DNA from: a virus
Lineage: Duplodnaviria > Caudoviricetes
Direction: 5' to 3' (one strand)
Virus record (IMG/VR): IMGVR_UViG_3300009002_000002
Location: 1 to 57,928 of that record
Length of the DNA stretch: 57,928 bases
Numbering within the stretch: position 1 is the stretch's first letter; every line of letters starts with the position of its first letter. Below, piece after piece: positions 9,874-19,685 of this stretch. Under the pieces are notes generated by a model. That model was not told where the DNA came from. It searched no databases and worked only from the letters and a program-made list of their open reading frames with translations. Both the position numbers and the translations under genes were made by a program.

Positions 9874-10279
9874 CTTTTTCTTTCATGTCCTTTAACAACT
9901 GCTGTAGTTCATTTGTCGAGCCAACAAACAGATTGTTATTAGTGGTCAGACCTTTAGGTGCTGTCTCAATATTCTCTGACTCCACTTTAATCTTGTCAGT
10001 AGACATCTTAACAAGGTCTTTGTTTGCGTCAACAAGCGTCTTCATGATAGTCGATACGACTTCATATGCTCTCGGATGCTCTGATGCTTTTGCTACATCG
10101 AGCATTTGCTCTAACGCCTCTGTTCCAGATTCGATTACATTATAGAAGTTGCTTCTAGCATACTCATAATCTTTATCTATCTTGTCGTCAGTGGGAACTA
10201 CTGTTCTTTCAATCACTTTCCCTTCAACTACATCATTCAGAGGCTCAAGTCCTAGACTTTTACCTATTTCATCATTCAT
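9866..10279 (-). CDS. gp16: Terminase small subunit (T4 gp16-like)
   Basis: DYEYARSN, SEHPRAYEV and NNNLFVGSTNELQQLLK motifs; overlaps the gp17 start. Confidence 0.93.
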   Translation of the reverse strand: MNDEIGKSLGLEPLNDVVEGKVIERTVVPTDDKIDKDYEYARSNFYNVIESGTEALEQMLDVAKASEHPRAYEVVSTIMKTLVDANKDLVKMSTDKIKVESENIETAPKGLTTNNNLFVGSTNELQQLLKDMKEKDE

Positions 10280-10288
10280 AACATACCT

Positions 10289-11248
10289 TTATGTATTTTC
10301 AATATCTGTTATAATTGTCATTCCTTGCCAACTATCATTCTCGTTTATATCAGCAGGGACAGGGGTTGCTGTTGCTCCCGCAGGGGCATTAGTTGCTGGG
10401 TTTGCTGGTGCTGTAAATGTACCGCCTATTTTGTAAACTACTGAGGTAGTGCTAAGATATGTGTTCCAAGCTGTTTGATTTTCACTACTTGTACCGCTAC
10501 CTAGATCATATATTCTATAGCTAGTACCCGTAGTTAATCCAGATAGTGCCTGAGGGACAGCAGGGGTTATATCTAGTTGCTCTCCACCCGCAGTTATTGG
10601 TGGAAGATCGGGATACAAATCAACATCAACAAACTTAATTTGCTTCTTAGGAGATGTTGGACCAAAGAAGAATGCTTTCATTGTAAAGTTAAGTGTCCAA
10701 ATCAACGCTCTTCGTGTTTGAAAGTCTGCCTCATATGTGTCTTCTTGCGATACACCAGTCAACACAACTGGAATATCGACATAAGTGTTTAACTCGTCTA
10801 TCATCTTAACGCTTACTGTGCAATCTGGCTTAAAGTATGGTAATATTTGCTCAAGAATTTTCATTCCATCTTCATTGTATTTTGTCATGATGTTTAGTTG
10901 AAATTCTATATCATACGGAGCAGGAGCAAACATCGTACTTACTCTTCCATCAGAAGTCGGTGACCCTTTAACCTGTGTCGTCAAACTGGTTAGTTTTCGC
11001 TCAGAACTGTAGTTCATACCAGTAATTTCAAATGACATTCTTGGTAAAGTAATTGCAGGAGCATTGAGATTCGGATCTTGTTCTAGTTTAGCAAGAATCT
11101 TCTGCATGGGTGCATAGTTAATAGGCACCTTCATCTTTTGAACTGAAGTTGATCCGCTCTTTCTTTCGATTTGAAGATTGTTAAACATCGTGCCGAATAC
11201 GGCTACATATCTTCTCGTTGATTCGTTGTAAAAATGAGTACCGTACAT
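10289..11248 (-). CDS. gp15: Tail sheath stabilizer/completion protein (T4 gp15-like) with C-terminal accessory module
   Basis: RRYVAVFGTMFNN, VPINYAP, LPRMSFEITG and QILPYFKP-type motifs. Confidence 0.95.
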   Translation of the reverse strand: MYGTHFYNESTRRYVAVFGTMFNNLQIERKSGSTSVQKMKVPINYAPMQKILAKLEQDPNLNAPAITLPRMSFEITGMNYSSERKLTSLTTQVKGSPTSDGRVSTMFAPAPYDIEFQLNIMTKYNEDGMKILEQILPYFKPDCTVSVKMIDELNTYVDIPVVLTGVSQEDTYEADFQTRRALIWTLNFTMKAFFFGPTSPKKQIKFVDVDLYPDLPPITAGGEQLDITPAVPQALSGLTTGTSYRIYDLGSGTSSENQTAWNTYLSTTSVVYKIGGTFTAPANPATNAPAGATATPVPADINENDSWQGMTIITDIENT

Positions 11249-12288
11249 TAGAGGTCTAAGTCTCCGAATGGATTAGTTTCAGTAAAGTCTATTAGATTAT
11301 CAGCGAAAGTTCCCACTGTGGTGTTATCTGCTAATGCGTCATATGCTTCTACATTATCAATTCTAGAAGCAACTAATGTTATCGTTCCATACTCTGTGCC
11401 GTCATCAGTTCTGTAGTAATATTCGCCAGGGGCTACAGCATTAGTGCCCGTAGTAGTTGGAGTAAAGGTCGTTTTCGCACCAGAACCTCCCAATGTGCCT
11501 GCTGTAACTTGTCCTGCAACTAGAACATCTGTAGAAGGATCTGATGTCGTGTATATCTGTAATCTTTTAGCAGAGTTTGTCAAATCTGTCTGATCAAATA
11601 CATATGTTCTGCCTATCTCAAGTTCTATAGAAAGATTTTTAACATGACTTGCAAATGGAAGTTTAGTAGTATCCATCAATAAGAATCCATTGTCGTACTT
11701 GACTCCGTATGTCACAGAATCAGATGGAACAAATAGATCAACTTTATCAAATGCTTCATCAATGAACTTTTGACCCGTAGTAAATCTTTCTCCGCTGAAC
11801 TCAAAGAGTTCTGCTCTGAGATCATACATTTGAATGGAGCCCATTTGATAGAAGATTGACTCGTGTTCCACATGCTGGATTTCAAATATCTTATTATTCA
11901 ATGGAAGATAAATTAAATCGCCTTCTCTAGGCCTAGTGTTAGACTCGTTTGTTCCAATTTCAGATTCATATGTTCTTTTAGCTATTGTCATGGTAATGGA
12001 GTCACGAATTTCAAGACCAAATTTAGATAAGAAGTCGCCTTCTCCTTCGAAGCCATCAACACTTTTCACATACATTTCTGCCATATATGCATCATTAAAT
12101 GTCGATAAGTCGTCTTCGTTCAATATATCATCTCTAATGACTCTAACTCCATTCTGTAGTGTAGATAGTGTTCTAGGAATATACCACACATCCATGCCGT
12201 AGACTTTTATCGACTCAATAACCAAGTCTTCGATGAGAGTCTGCTCCATCGAGTTCTCGAAGTTTTCAAAATAATAGTTTTTAGCCAC
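11248..12288 (-). CDS. gp14: Neck protein (T4 gp14-like) with inserted domain
   Basis: EQTLIEDLVIESIKVYG, GDFLSKFGLEIRD, RPREGDLIY and DFTETNPFG motifs; GTG start. Confidence 0.95.
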   Translation of the reverse strand: MAKNYYFENFENSMEQTLIEDLVIESIKVYGMDVWYIPRTLSTLQNGVRVIRDDILNEDDLSTFNDAYMAEMYVKSVDGFEGEGDFLSKFGLEIRDSITMTIAKRTYESEIGTNESNTRPREGDLIYLPLNNKIFEIQHVEHESIFYQMGSIQMYDLRAELFEFSGERFTTGQKFIDEAFDKVDLFVPSDSVTYGVKYDNGFLLMDTTKLPFASHVKNLSIELEIGRTYVFDQTDLTNSAKRLQIYTTSDPSTDVLVAGQVTAGTLGGSGAKTTFTPTTTGTNAVAPGEYYYRTDDGTEYGTITLVASRIDNVEAYDALADNTTVGTFADNLIDFTETNPFGDLDL

Positions 12289-12292
12289 TTTT

Positions 12293-13327
12293 TTATCCTA
12301 TCATATCGACAGACGGTAGAGAATAGCTATTAGACATTTCTTCTTCTAGCCTCTGTATCTCTTCTCGTGCATCGCTTAAAATTTGTTCTCCATTGAACTG
12401 AACACCACCAGGCAATGTCATGCCGTTGAACTTAGTGAGATTTGATCCCCACTGATATTTAATTTTTGCTGTTGCATAGTTTTGCAAGAAACGATCTTTC
12501 CACACATCTGCGTATGTGTTAGGATCTACAACCTGATATGCTTCTATCACAATGTAGTGTCCTACTGTTAGATTGCTCCAGTCCATATCTAGATTGATTC
12601 GATCTAAATGACGATTATATCTTAGAGGCACTGCGCCAACAAGTAATTCTTCTATGAGTTGCATATGTTGCATCGACATCTGAAAGTTTAAAAGAGGTCC
12701 CATGTTAATATCATGTAGATTATGTAGTACATACTGATATTTTGCATTGAAAATACCACTACCCAAAGATACATTAGACTCTGGAGAAAATACATTGATT
12801 GCACCGATGATGTTTTCTGGTACAGAAATATACTCAAGTTCGAATGTGCCTTGATGAATAGCAGTAATCGATGTAGCAGATCCACTAGCTGTACTACCAA
12901 CTTTAGTCATAAATGTATCGCTAGTAACATATTTACCCACATTAAATTGTCCACTAGTAGGCTTTTTAAAGAATAATCTTTTCTTACCGGCAGTGTTGTC
13001 CACAGCAATGACAGTTGCAGATGCTGTTCCGTCTGTAGCACCTGAGTCGCCATTTTCTACTTCTTTAATCACATCTCCAACTTTAAAATGTGGAGTACTG
13101 TCGGGATCAAGTTCAATACCATCTGCGACAGTAACGCTAGAATTTGTTACTTGATGCTTAACATATGTCTTTTCAACACCATCAAAATGATAATCTGCAT
13201 AGTATGACAGTGCCTCGTCAACACGATCATCTACTTGATCTTGATCGACATTGATTTCAATAACTGGTTTACCCAGCTTTCTCAAACAATATTCTTTAAA
13301 TTCTGCTTTAGTTGTAGGCTGTGCCAT
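12293..13327 (-). CDS. gp13: Neck protein (T4 gp13-like) with inserted domain
   Basis: KEYCLRKLGKPVIEINVDQDQVDDRVDEAL...YHFDG and QWGSNLTKFNGMTLPGGVQFNG motifs. Confidence 0.96.
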   Translation of the reverse strand: MAQPTTKAEFKEYCLRKLGKPVIEINVDQDQVDDRVDEALSYYADYHFDGVEKTYVKHQVTNSSVTVADGIELDPDSTPHFKVGDVIKEVENGDSGATDGTASATVIAVDNTAGKKRLFFKKPTSGQFNVGKYVTSDTFMTKVGSTASGSATSITAIHQGTFELEYISVPENIIGAINVFSPESNVSLGSGIFNAKYQYVLHNLHDINMGPLLNFQMSMQHMQLIEELLVGAVPLRYNRHLDRINLDMDWSNLTVGHYIVIEAYQVVDPNTYADVWKDRFLQNYATAKIKYQWGSNLTKFNGMTLPGGVQFNGEQILSDAREEIQRLEEEMSNSYSLPSVDMIG

Positions 13328-13359
13328 GTTTATATCCTAAAATTTGTTGGTAATTATAG

Positions 13360-13367
13360 TATTTATA
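13360..13367 (-). promoter_or_regulatory. T4-type late promoter TATAAATA upstream of gp13
   Basis: Intergenic TATTTATA on + strand. Confidence 0.85.
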
Positions 13368-13377
13368 CACTATAAAG

Positions 13378-14481
13378 TTAAGCTAAGTTCTCTACTGTTC
13401 CATAAATTTTTCGTAGTCTTATTGTATGATATTGTCCTATCTTATCATTATACAGTCTAGACTGCACAAGTATGTCAGTCTTTGTGGTTGTTTCTGGTAA
13501 TATTATATCGAAATTTTGTGAGAAATTGAGGTCGCCATTAACTGCGTAGGGTCCTGTATGATACAGATCAAGCTGATAAACTTTAGACTCGTTTACTATC
13601 TCATAGAACTGTCCAGCAGAAGTAAACCTTTCAGCACTAAAATATACTGTGTCTCCTTGATTGAAATCGAAACCAGGTGTGTCCACAAAGCCTGTATTAT
13701 ATTTAATCTCAGTTTCATCCAGATAAGAGTTATAGAAAAAAGTTTCTATGTCCATGTCATTGAAGCCGGCTGATGTAGATGCTATCTTACCAAAATAGGT
13801 AAGCTTGTCAGTGACATTACCCGCTATTCGCAGTTTTCTTGCTATTGTCGAGCCAAGTTCTGTCAAATCGACTGCTGTCGTACTGAACAACACAGTACCC
13901 ACAGCAATTGCATCAGCACCTTTAGACTTAGCAACTAATCTGTACTGTATATCAAACTCTGCATCAGAGGCAACCCCGCCGGCTGATACATACCAATCAT
14001 AATTGATATTAACTCTTTGTCTTTTTGTTGTTCCTGAATATGGTGCGGGTATACCTAAAGGATTAGAGTTAGCATAATCACTACCGAAGTGGGTGGTATA
14101 ACTACCAACATCCTCGGCAAAATTTTGTGTCTGACCACTTGTAGGATTTAAGGTACCCTGATAATCACTTCTTCGTATACTAAATCTTTTTACGAATGGA
14201 TATGTCTCGGTCTTTACACTATTAATCAAAGTTGTAAGACTTCCACCATCTTTCCACTTTTGAGAAGACCCGTCATAGTACAGATATGCACCATTTTCTG
14301 GATTCGTTATATCCGTATTTGATAGCGAATCTAATGTCAGATTAGACGGATCTACTTGAAAGTTATCTACTACTAAGTTTCCGTCTATATCCAATTTTGC
14401 GTCTAATGACTGTGCTTGACTAACCTGTGCCACAAGATTTTGATTAGTAGATACTGATCCGCTAATCTCTTCATCACTCAT
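13378..14481 (-). CDS. Putative fibre/collar-type virion protein (T4 wac position)
   Basis: 367 aa; LDSLSNTDITNPENGAYLYYDGSSQKWK resembles a common phage fibre repeat; immediately upstream of gp13. Confidence 0.5.
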   Translation of the reverse strand: MSDEEISGSVSTNQNLVAQVSQAQSLDAKLDIDGNLVVDNFQVDPSNLTLDSLSNTDITNPENGAYLYYDGSSQKWKDGGSLTTLINSVKTETYPFVKRFSIRRSDYQGTLNPTSGQTQNFAEDVGSYTTHFGSDYANSNPLGIPAPYSGTTKRQRVNINYDWYVSAGGVASDAEFDIQYRLVAKSKGADAIAVGTVLFSTTAVDLTELGSTIARKLRIAGNVTDKLTYFGKIASTSAGFNDMDIETFFYNSYLDETEIKYNTGFVDTPGFDFNQGDTVYFSAERFTSAGQFYEIVNESKVYQLDLYHTGPYAVNGDLNFSQNFDIILPETTTKTDILVQSRLYNDKIGQYHTIRLRKIYGTVENLA

Positions 14482-14891
14482 TACTTGGTTATCCCTGCTG
14501 TAACGGTCACTGTCCCTTGCACGACACGAGTGACAACATTCGGTGTGCTATTGTCAGCTATTTCTACATCATATAGATATCTACCTGCTTCTATATTTGC
14601 TGTTCCTACTTGTGCTGGCTGTGCTTGAACAAAACCAGCTTGACCTCTAGTGCCAGATTCTGCTGTTGCAACTTTAGCCCCACTGCTCAAAGTTAGAACA
14701 ATTTGTCCCAAGTTATCGTTATGTGTACATATAAAAGATGCACTTGCGGTTGATTGACTAGGGTTCTTTCTCATTTGTGCATGAATAAGATGATGTGTAA
14801 GGTTATATGCCTGCCCATCTGCCGCTTTTAGATCAATAGTAGCAGTAAAATCTGCACCTTGATCGACTGTTAAATTTGCTTTAATTGCCAT
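14481..14891 (-). CDS. Small beta-rich virion protein (136 aa)
   Basis: Start reassigned to ATG at 14891 (MAIKANLTVDQGADF...AGRYLYDVEI...TRVVQGTVTVTAGITK), preceded by a GGAGA RBS and a late promoter; the longer track ORF overlaps the + strand gene. Confidence 0.8.
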   Translation of the reverse strand: MAIKANLTVDQGADFTATIDLKAADGQAYNLTHHLIHAQMRKNPSQSTASASFICTHNDNLGQIVLTLSSGAKVATAESGTRGQAGFVQAQPAQVGTANIEAGRYLYDVEIADNSTPNVVTRVVQGTVTVTAGITK

Positions 14892-14915
14892 GTAATTTCT
14901 CCAATAGATACTACA

Positions 14916-14931
14916 GTTATTTATAAATAAC
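14916..14931. promoter_or_regulatory. Palindromic bidirectional late promoter
   Basis: GTTATTTATAAATAAC is a perfect 16-bp palindrome giving TATAAATA on + (14922-14929) and on - (14918-14925), between two divergent genes. Confidence 0.85.
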
Positions 14932-14964
14932 AGAATAACCCTATAAGAACTAATTGGAAGAACT

Positions 14965-17900
14965 ATGTCAAGAACAAAGTATATAAAATTTGGTGCTAGA
15001 GCAGACAAAAACTTATCAGATTTACCTAATCCTACTCTAGCACTAGATAATATATTAGATAATATATCTGTGCAGGTAGACAGTGACGGTAATCCTTTAA
15101 GGTTCACATCTGCCGATCTTCTTCCTTTAGTAGGCATCGCTCAGGGTCCTTTAGCAGATAGAGTCGATGCAAACGGAAACTCGACAGAGTTTACCCAACT
15201 AGCAAACACTACAGTAGAGGGCACGCTAGTAGGTTCTGATAATACATCTGTAATCATTGAGCCCAGAGTAACAATTCAAGACCATATAAACAACTTTAAA
15301 GTGTCGCTAGGTGATCCGCCATGGATAAATGGCGGCATAGGACCTAGCGCAACTATAGCGTCAGTGGAAAGACTTAACGGTAATACGATAAACTATCCAG
15401 AATCTTTGATTAATGCAACTCAGTCTCGCCAAGGAAACGAATACAGGGTTCTTGCTGGCGATGCGACCATGACATTTGATAATTTGCAACTCGTATGTGA
15501 TTCCCTGTATGGCGATACCACTAGCACTACTAGAATTACTTCACCTGTAGGCAATGGCGTATTAGAAACAACAACTATAACTAATGGTTTGCCGTGTGTC
15601 ATCACATCATCTGGATCTTTTGACTTCACAACAGTAGGAGCAAGCACAGCTAATCCTCCTGTGGGAACAAGATTTTTACCAACATCGAGCGGCACTGCAA
15701 CGGGCGGATCTAAGGTAATATCGAGTAAAGCACTAGGCTCTCTTGTGCAGAATAAGATGTATACTATCACTAGAGTGGGTAGTGTGTCTGCAAACGCCTC
15801 TGAGTGGACAGCGATAGGAGTGACTGGTATACCGTATGTGGGTCAGCAGTTTATTTGTAGTAAAGCGCCCGCAGATCAGACAACAGTTGCAGATGCTTTC
15901 GCATTAGAGCATTGGTCTATAGGAGATCGTTTAACACATACTGTTGCAGAAAACTTCTCGGCGAACATTGGAGGAATACCCGTAAAAATCAATCTGAAAA
16001 ACCAGACATTGCCTTCGGGTGAGGGATCGACTACATTAGATCCAAATTCAGCAGATTTACCGGTAAGTCAATTCTACACTAAGAAAGTTGATACTGCCAA
16101 TCTATCGGACCTAATCACAAATGCAGACTTCTGGAGCGATGGTAAGTTAAAACTAACTGGTCCACTTCATCCAGACTTTAGTGATGTGACTGGTGGAGCA
16201 GTTTGGGAAGGATATCAAAGCGGATTCTTTTCCCCAAAGTTTTTCACAAATGCTTTTTTTGCGATAGAAGAAGATGTCAACGAAGATGATAATTGGACAC
16301 TCATCAAAGGCATAAATGCATTCGAATTTGAAACATTGAGAGAGGTTTCGTGGTCGACTGTGAATAATGTTACGAGACTTACTCTTCATGAGGCAAACGA
16401 CTGGAAAAGAATATGTGTAAATCATGCCTGTTCTATCAATGGAGTTGAGACTCTTGTCGCTAAAGTATATCAAGAATTTGATACTGCTCACGGTAAATAT
16501 AGGTATTACGCAGACTTAGATCAAGACACAGGATCTACTGGATATGACTATATGTCTTTTTCATATGACCGATCAGAGCATGATCTGCATACAGGCAACA
16601 CAGTAATCTTTACTCCGCCAGCAGAAGGTAAAAGAAGAAGAGTTAGATATAGTGCTTGGTGGTACACGCCAAACGATAACGACCAAGCGCAATACTTAAA
16701 TGAGAAATTGTTTGAACATGACAACATCAGTGGATCACCTTTATCGTATGCATACTTCTATCCTGATAATGGAGAAACTGAAACTTTTGGAAGATATACT
16801 TTTCCATATTTTGTTGACAATCATGCAAAAGTTACGAAACAAGAGACTAACTCAAAGCTAACTGTTGATAATACTATATCCTTGCTACTTTATAGCGCAA
16901 AACAGGCAGCGGCTGATGTGTTTAACCACTCATCTGGAGCGGCGACAATATCGATACATCACTTTAAGCACACCAACTCTACAGGAAAACTAGAAGTTGA
17001 CACAGAGGTAGGTACTGGATCTCCATTCTCGACATCATCAGTGGGCGATGTCATAACAATCTTGCCTTCGTATGTCGATACTGATGATACTACTAGAGAG
17101 TGGACAAATGCTTCAAATAAACTCTGGTCTTTTCAAATACTTGATTTGGTTAGTTCTAATAAAGCGTTCGTGTCTCAAGTCTTAGGCTCAGGAGCAGGTG
17201 TTGCGGCTACAACAACTCTGAGATTCATCTCTTCAAAAAACGAAGGATTAGTTGGAGTATACAAAGCAAAAAGACTAAGCGACACATCTATAGAAATTAG
17301 ACTCGTTGATGGAGTAGCTGGATCTTTTCAAAGGAGCGTATTGGATATAGTAGAAGGCGACTTACTATATTATGGAGAAGTTCCAAAGTCTACGGCCACG
17401 GGATCGCTTTCTGTATCTGATAAGCCATATTTGATAGAAAAGGTTGTAGAGTCTGGTGGAGTAGCTACTTTGACAGTAGCGGATCATCCATCTCTGGCCA
17501 CTGATGTTTTGGCCACGCTAAATTTTGGAGTTGCACACATATACTCAAGCAGAGGGCTGAACGATGTAACAGGCGTTTACGAGTGTGGTGGAGTATTTGG
17601 AGTAGAAGTAGCGAGCAACAACACTCTCAGCGATGGAAATTCTAACAGCGAAATAACACTAACAGCTACAAACTATAGTAGAATCGCTGTTAATGATAGA
17701 GTGTACTTTGAGTCTTCAATACCACAGGCGACTCAGCCTGGTTTAGTAGGCGAAGCTACGCTAGTAGCATCAACACCCGGATCTAATAAAATAACTCTAA
17801 AGAATGAGAGTGGAGCAACAGTCAATATTACAGCCGATGTTAATGCGGGAGCGACTATTATTATCGTTCCTCATACAAACTATTCCAGTTCAGTTACCGA

Positions 17901-18522
17901 ACTGAGAAAGAATAGAGAGTATTGTGTTATTCCTTTGAATACTGCTCCACCTTTTGGTAGCTATGCTGAAGGCTTGCAGACGACAGATAGTTTTCCAAAC
18001 TTAGAAGTCAAAGAGTTAGCGTTTAAAGAATTTTCATATGGTACGAGTAGGGATATAACATTCACCAGTGCCGCTTTATCAGGTGGTTATTTGTATAATT
18101 ATCCCGCTTCATTAAATCTTTCAACTAGTCCTACCGAGCTTCAGGTAGGTGACTTTATTAAAGCTGAAGGCACTGATACAAATGGTGTGCTTAGTCAGTT
18201 TTCTAATGGAATTATATACAGAATAGGCAGTTTAGGCATAGGCAACAATGCATTGTTGCAATATTGGAATACAAATCAGTGGTCTAATGTGAGTGGTACT
18301 GGCACTTTGGATGGTATAACATTCACACGATTGGGCTCTGCACTATCATTAGAAGATATTAAATTTGCTGAGACAACTGGTCAGTCTGCAAATAGAGGTA
18401 GTGAGACATCTAACCAAGCGCAGGAACCAGATGGTTATATTGAAATCTGTTATACTCCTTCAGGCGGTTCAGAAGAAACTTATAGAGTGCTTGCGAATAG
18501 TAGAGGCAATAAACCAGCCTAG
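14965..18522 (+). CDS. Large putative virion/fibre protein (1185 aa), the only major + strand gene
   Basis: Long ORF rich in S/T/G; N-terminal KNLSDLPNPTLALDNIL fibre-type motif; two tandem copies of the YxI module; has its own late promoter. Confidence 0.85.
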   Translation: MSRTKYIKFGARADKNLSDLPNPTLALDNILDNISVQVDSDGNPLRFTSADLLPLVGIAQGPLADRVDANGNSTEFTQLANTTVEGTLVGSDNTSVIIEPRVTIQDHINNFKVSLGDPPWINGGIGPSATIASVERLNGNTINYPESLINATQSRQGNEYRVLAGDATMTFDNLQLVCDSLYGDTTSTTRITSPVGNGVLETTTITNGLPCVITSSGSFDFTTVGASTANPPVGTRFLPTSSGTATGGSKVISSKALGSLVQNKMYTITRVGSVSANASEWTAIGVTGIPYVGQQFICSKAPADQTTVADAFALEHWSIGDRLTHTVAENFSANIGGIPVKINLKNQTLPSGEGSTTLDPNSADLPVSQFYTKKVDTANLSDLITNADFWSDGKLKLTGPLHPDFSDVTGGAVWEGYQSGFFSPKFFTNAFFAIEEDVNEDDNWTLIKGINAFEFETLREVSWSTVNNVTRLTLHEANDWKRICVNHACSINGVETLVAKVYQEFDTAHGKYRYYADLDQDTGSTGYDYMSFSYDRSEHDLHTGNTVIFTPPAEGKRRRVRYSAWWYTPNDNDQAQYLNEKLFEHDNISGSPLSYAYFYPDNGETETFGRYTFPYFVDNHAKVTKQETNSKLTVDNTISLLLYSAKQAAADVFNHSSGAATISIHHFKHTNSTGKLEVDTEVGTGSPFSTSSVGDVITILPSYVDTDDTTREWTNASNKLWSFQILDLVSSNKAFVSQVLGSGAGVAATTTLRFISSKNEGLVGVYKAKRLSDTSIEIRLVDGVAGSFQRSVLDIVEGDLLYYGEVPKSTATGSLSVSDKPYLIEKVVESGGVATLTVADHPSLATDVLATLNFGVAHIYSSRGLNDVTGVYECGGVFGVEVASNNTLSDGNSNSEITLTATNYSRIAVNDRVYFESSIPQATQPGLVGEATLVASTPGSNKITLKNESGATVNITADVNAGATIIIVPHTNYSSSVTELRKNREYCVIPLNTAPPFGSYAEGLQTTDSFPNLEVKELAFKEFSYGTSRDITFTSAALSGGYLYNYPASLNLSTSPTELQVGDFIKAEGTDTNGVLSQFSNGIIYRIGSLGIGNNALLQYWNTNQWSNVSGTGTLDGITFTRLGSALSLEDIKFAETTGQSANRGSETSNQAQEPDGYIEICYTPSGGSEETYRVLANSRGNKPA

Positions 18523-19673
18523 ACCTTTTTAGTAAGCATAAAGAATTGTTCGCCATTTACAGTTATAGGAATTTTATGCGTAAATGCCGCAATAGTTAGT
18601 TGTTCTGAGGCATTACCGTCGATATGTGTCACAGCATCAACTACAGATGATCCGCTTTTTTTGATCAGTTTGGGCCTTAGACCTCTTTCGCTTGTACTAG
18701 ATCCACCACCATCTGGAGAAAAAACTAACTTAGTTATTTGAGACTTAGCTGAAGTTGTTTTTAATCCAGTTTTAGAAGCATCGAAGGTTATTGTTGCTTC
18801 TTCCCAAGGATTATCAGATCCAGAGAATGCTCTAATTTCGCCACCAGTAGCTGTATTGTAGATGAATAGTCCTGGAGCGGCGGCACTATTATTATATATG
18901 GCAGTCTGCGAATCGTTTGTGATTCTAATATTGCCCTTAAATCTAAGCCTATCTTCAAAGAACGATGCCCTGTCTGTAAGTATTGTCCTAGTCTTTTTGG
19001 CCTCTAGTCTGCCAACTGCTCCAGCGATATAGCTAATTTGGTCGTATGTTCCAAAGTTGTCGTAAATGCCCACCTGCCCACCGGCTTCACCTACAGAGCC
19101 TCCACCATCATCTCCAGCATCGTCAGCGTCTGAGACTCCTACCTCTTCAGTTTCGCTCACAGTATCGTCTGTGACAAGTCTGGGAGTACTCATATTGACT
19201 AGATTAGTAATAGTTATAGTATCTTGTCTCGTGAGCGTTAAATTGCTTATCTGCGATGCATTTAATCCTGAAAATGGAGCAGAGTATTCTCCTGCATTAT
19301 ACGGTGATGTTGCACTGGCAGCGACTACCAAGCGGAACTCGTCTACTCCATTACTGTCTACTACTATGTAAGGATAAAGATCAGTTCCGTCATTGAATGA
19401 TATTTTAGTCCCGTTAGAGAATGCTCTTTTATTATTAATTAGATCAGTCTTAACTGTTTTAAAATTAGAATCTGTAGTATCGTCAAATATACTAAAGTCT
19501 GCTCGACTTATAGTGGTGTCGTTTATAAGCTTAGACTTAAATGCGTTATTTCCATCAAACAAGAGTATATCTTGGCTGATATTCACGCCACCTAAATTAT
19601 CTAATATGCTTCTATCAGATGAAGTTGTTATACTTTCTGATAGATTATTATTTCTTACAAACCCCTGTGACAT
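18519..19673 (-). CDS. Putative virion/fibre-associated protein (384 aa)
   Basis: N-terminal NNLSE...ILDNLGG motif similar to its neighbours; C-terminal FTHKIPITVNGEQFFM. Confidence 0.75.
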   Translation of the reverse strand: MSQGFVRNNNLSESITTSSDRSILDNLGGVNISQDILLFDGNNAFKSKLINDTTISRADFSIFDDTTDSNFKTVKTDLINNKRAFSNGTKISFNDGTDLYPYIVVDSNGVDEFRLVVAASATSPYNAGEYSAPFSGLNASQISNLTLTRQDTITITNLVNMSTPRLVTDDTVSETEEVGVSDADDAGDDGGGSVGEAGGQVGIYDNFGTYDQISYIAGAVGRLEAKKTRTILTDRASFFEDRLRFKGNIRITNDSQTAIYNNSAAAPGLFIYNTATGGEIRAFSGSDNPWEEATITFDASKTGLKTTSAKSQITKLVFSPDGGGSSTSERGLRPKLIKKSGSSVVDAVTHIDGNASEQLTIAAFTHKIPITVNGEQFFMLTKKV

Positions 19674-19685
19674 TTTTCTTTCCTA

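Noticed and set aside
14892-15137. 82-aa N-terminal extension of ORF 14481..15137
   Set aside because: It overlaps the + strand gene and the promoter palindrome; the RBS and late promoter point to ATG 14891.
14890-18560. Recombinase-driven invertible segment (Mu G / P1 C type) around the + strand gene
   Set aside because: I found no inverted repeats at the two ends by eye and there is no invertase in the window; the shared CTAG stop suggests a fixed arrangement. A computational repeat search would be needed to exclude it fully.
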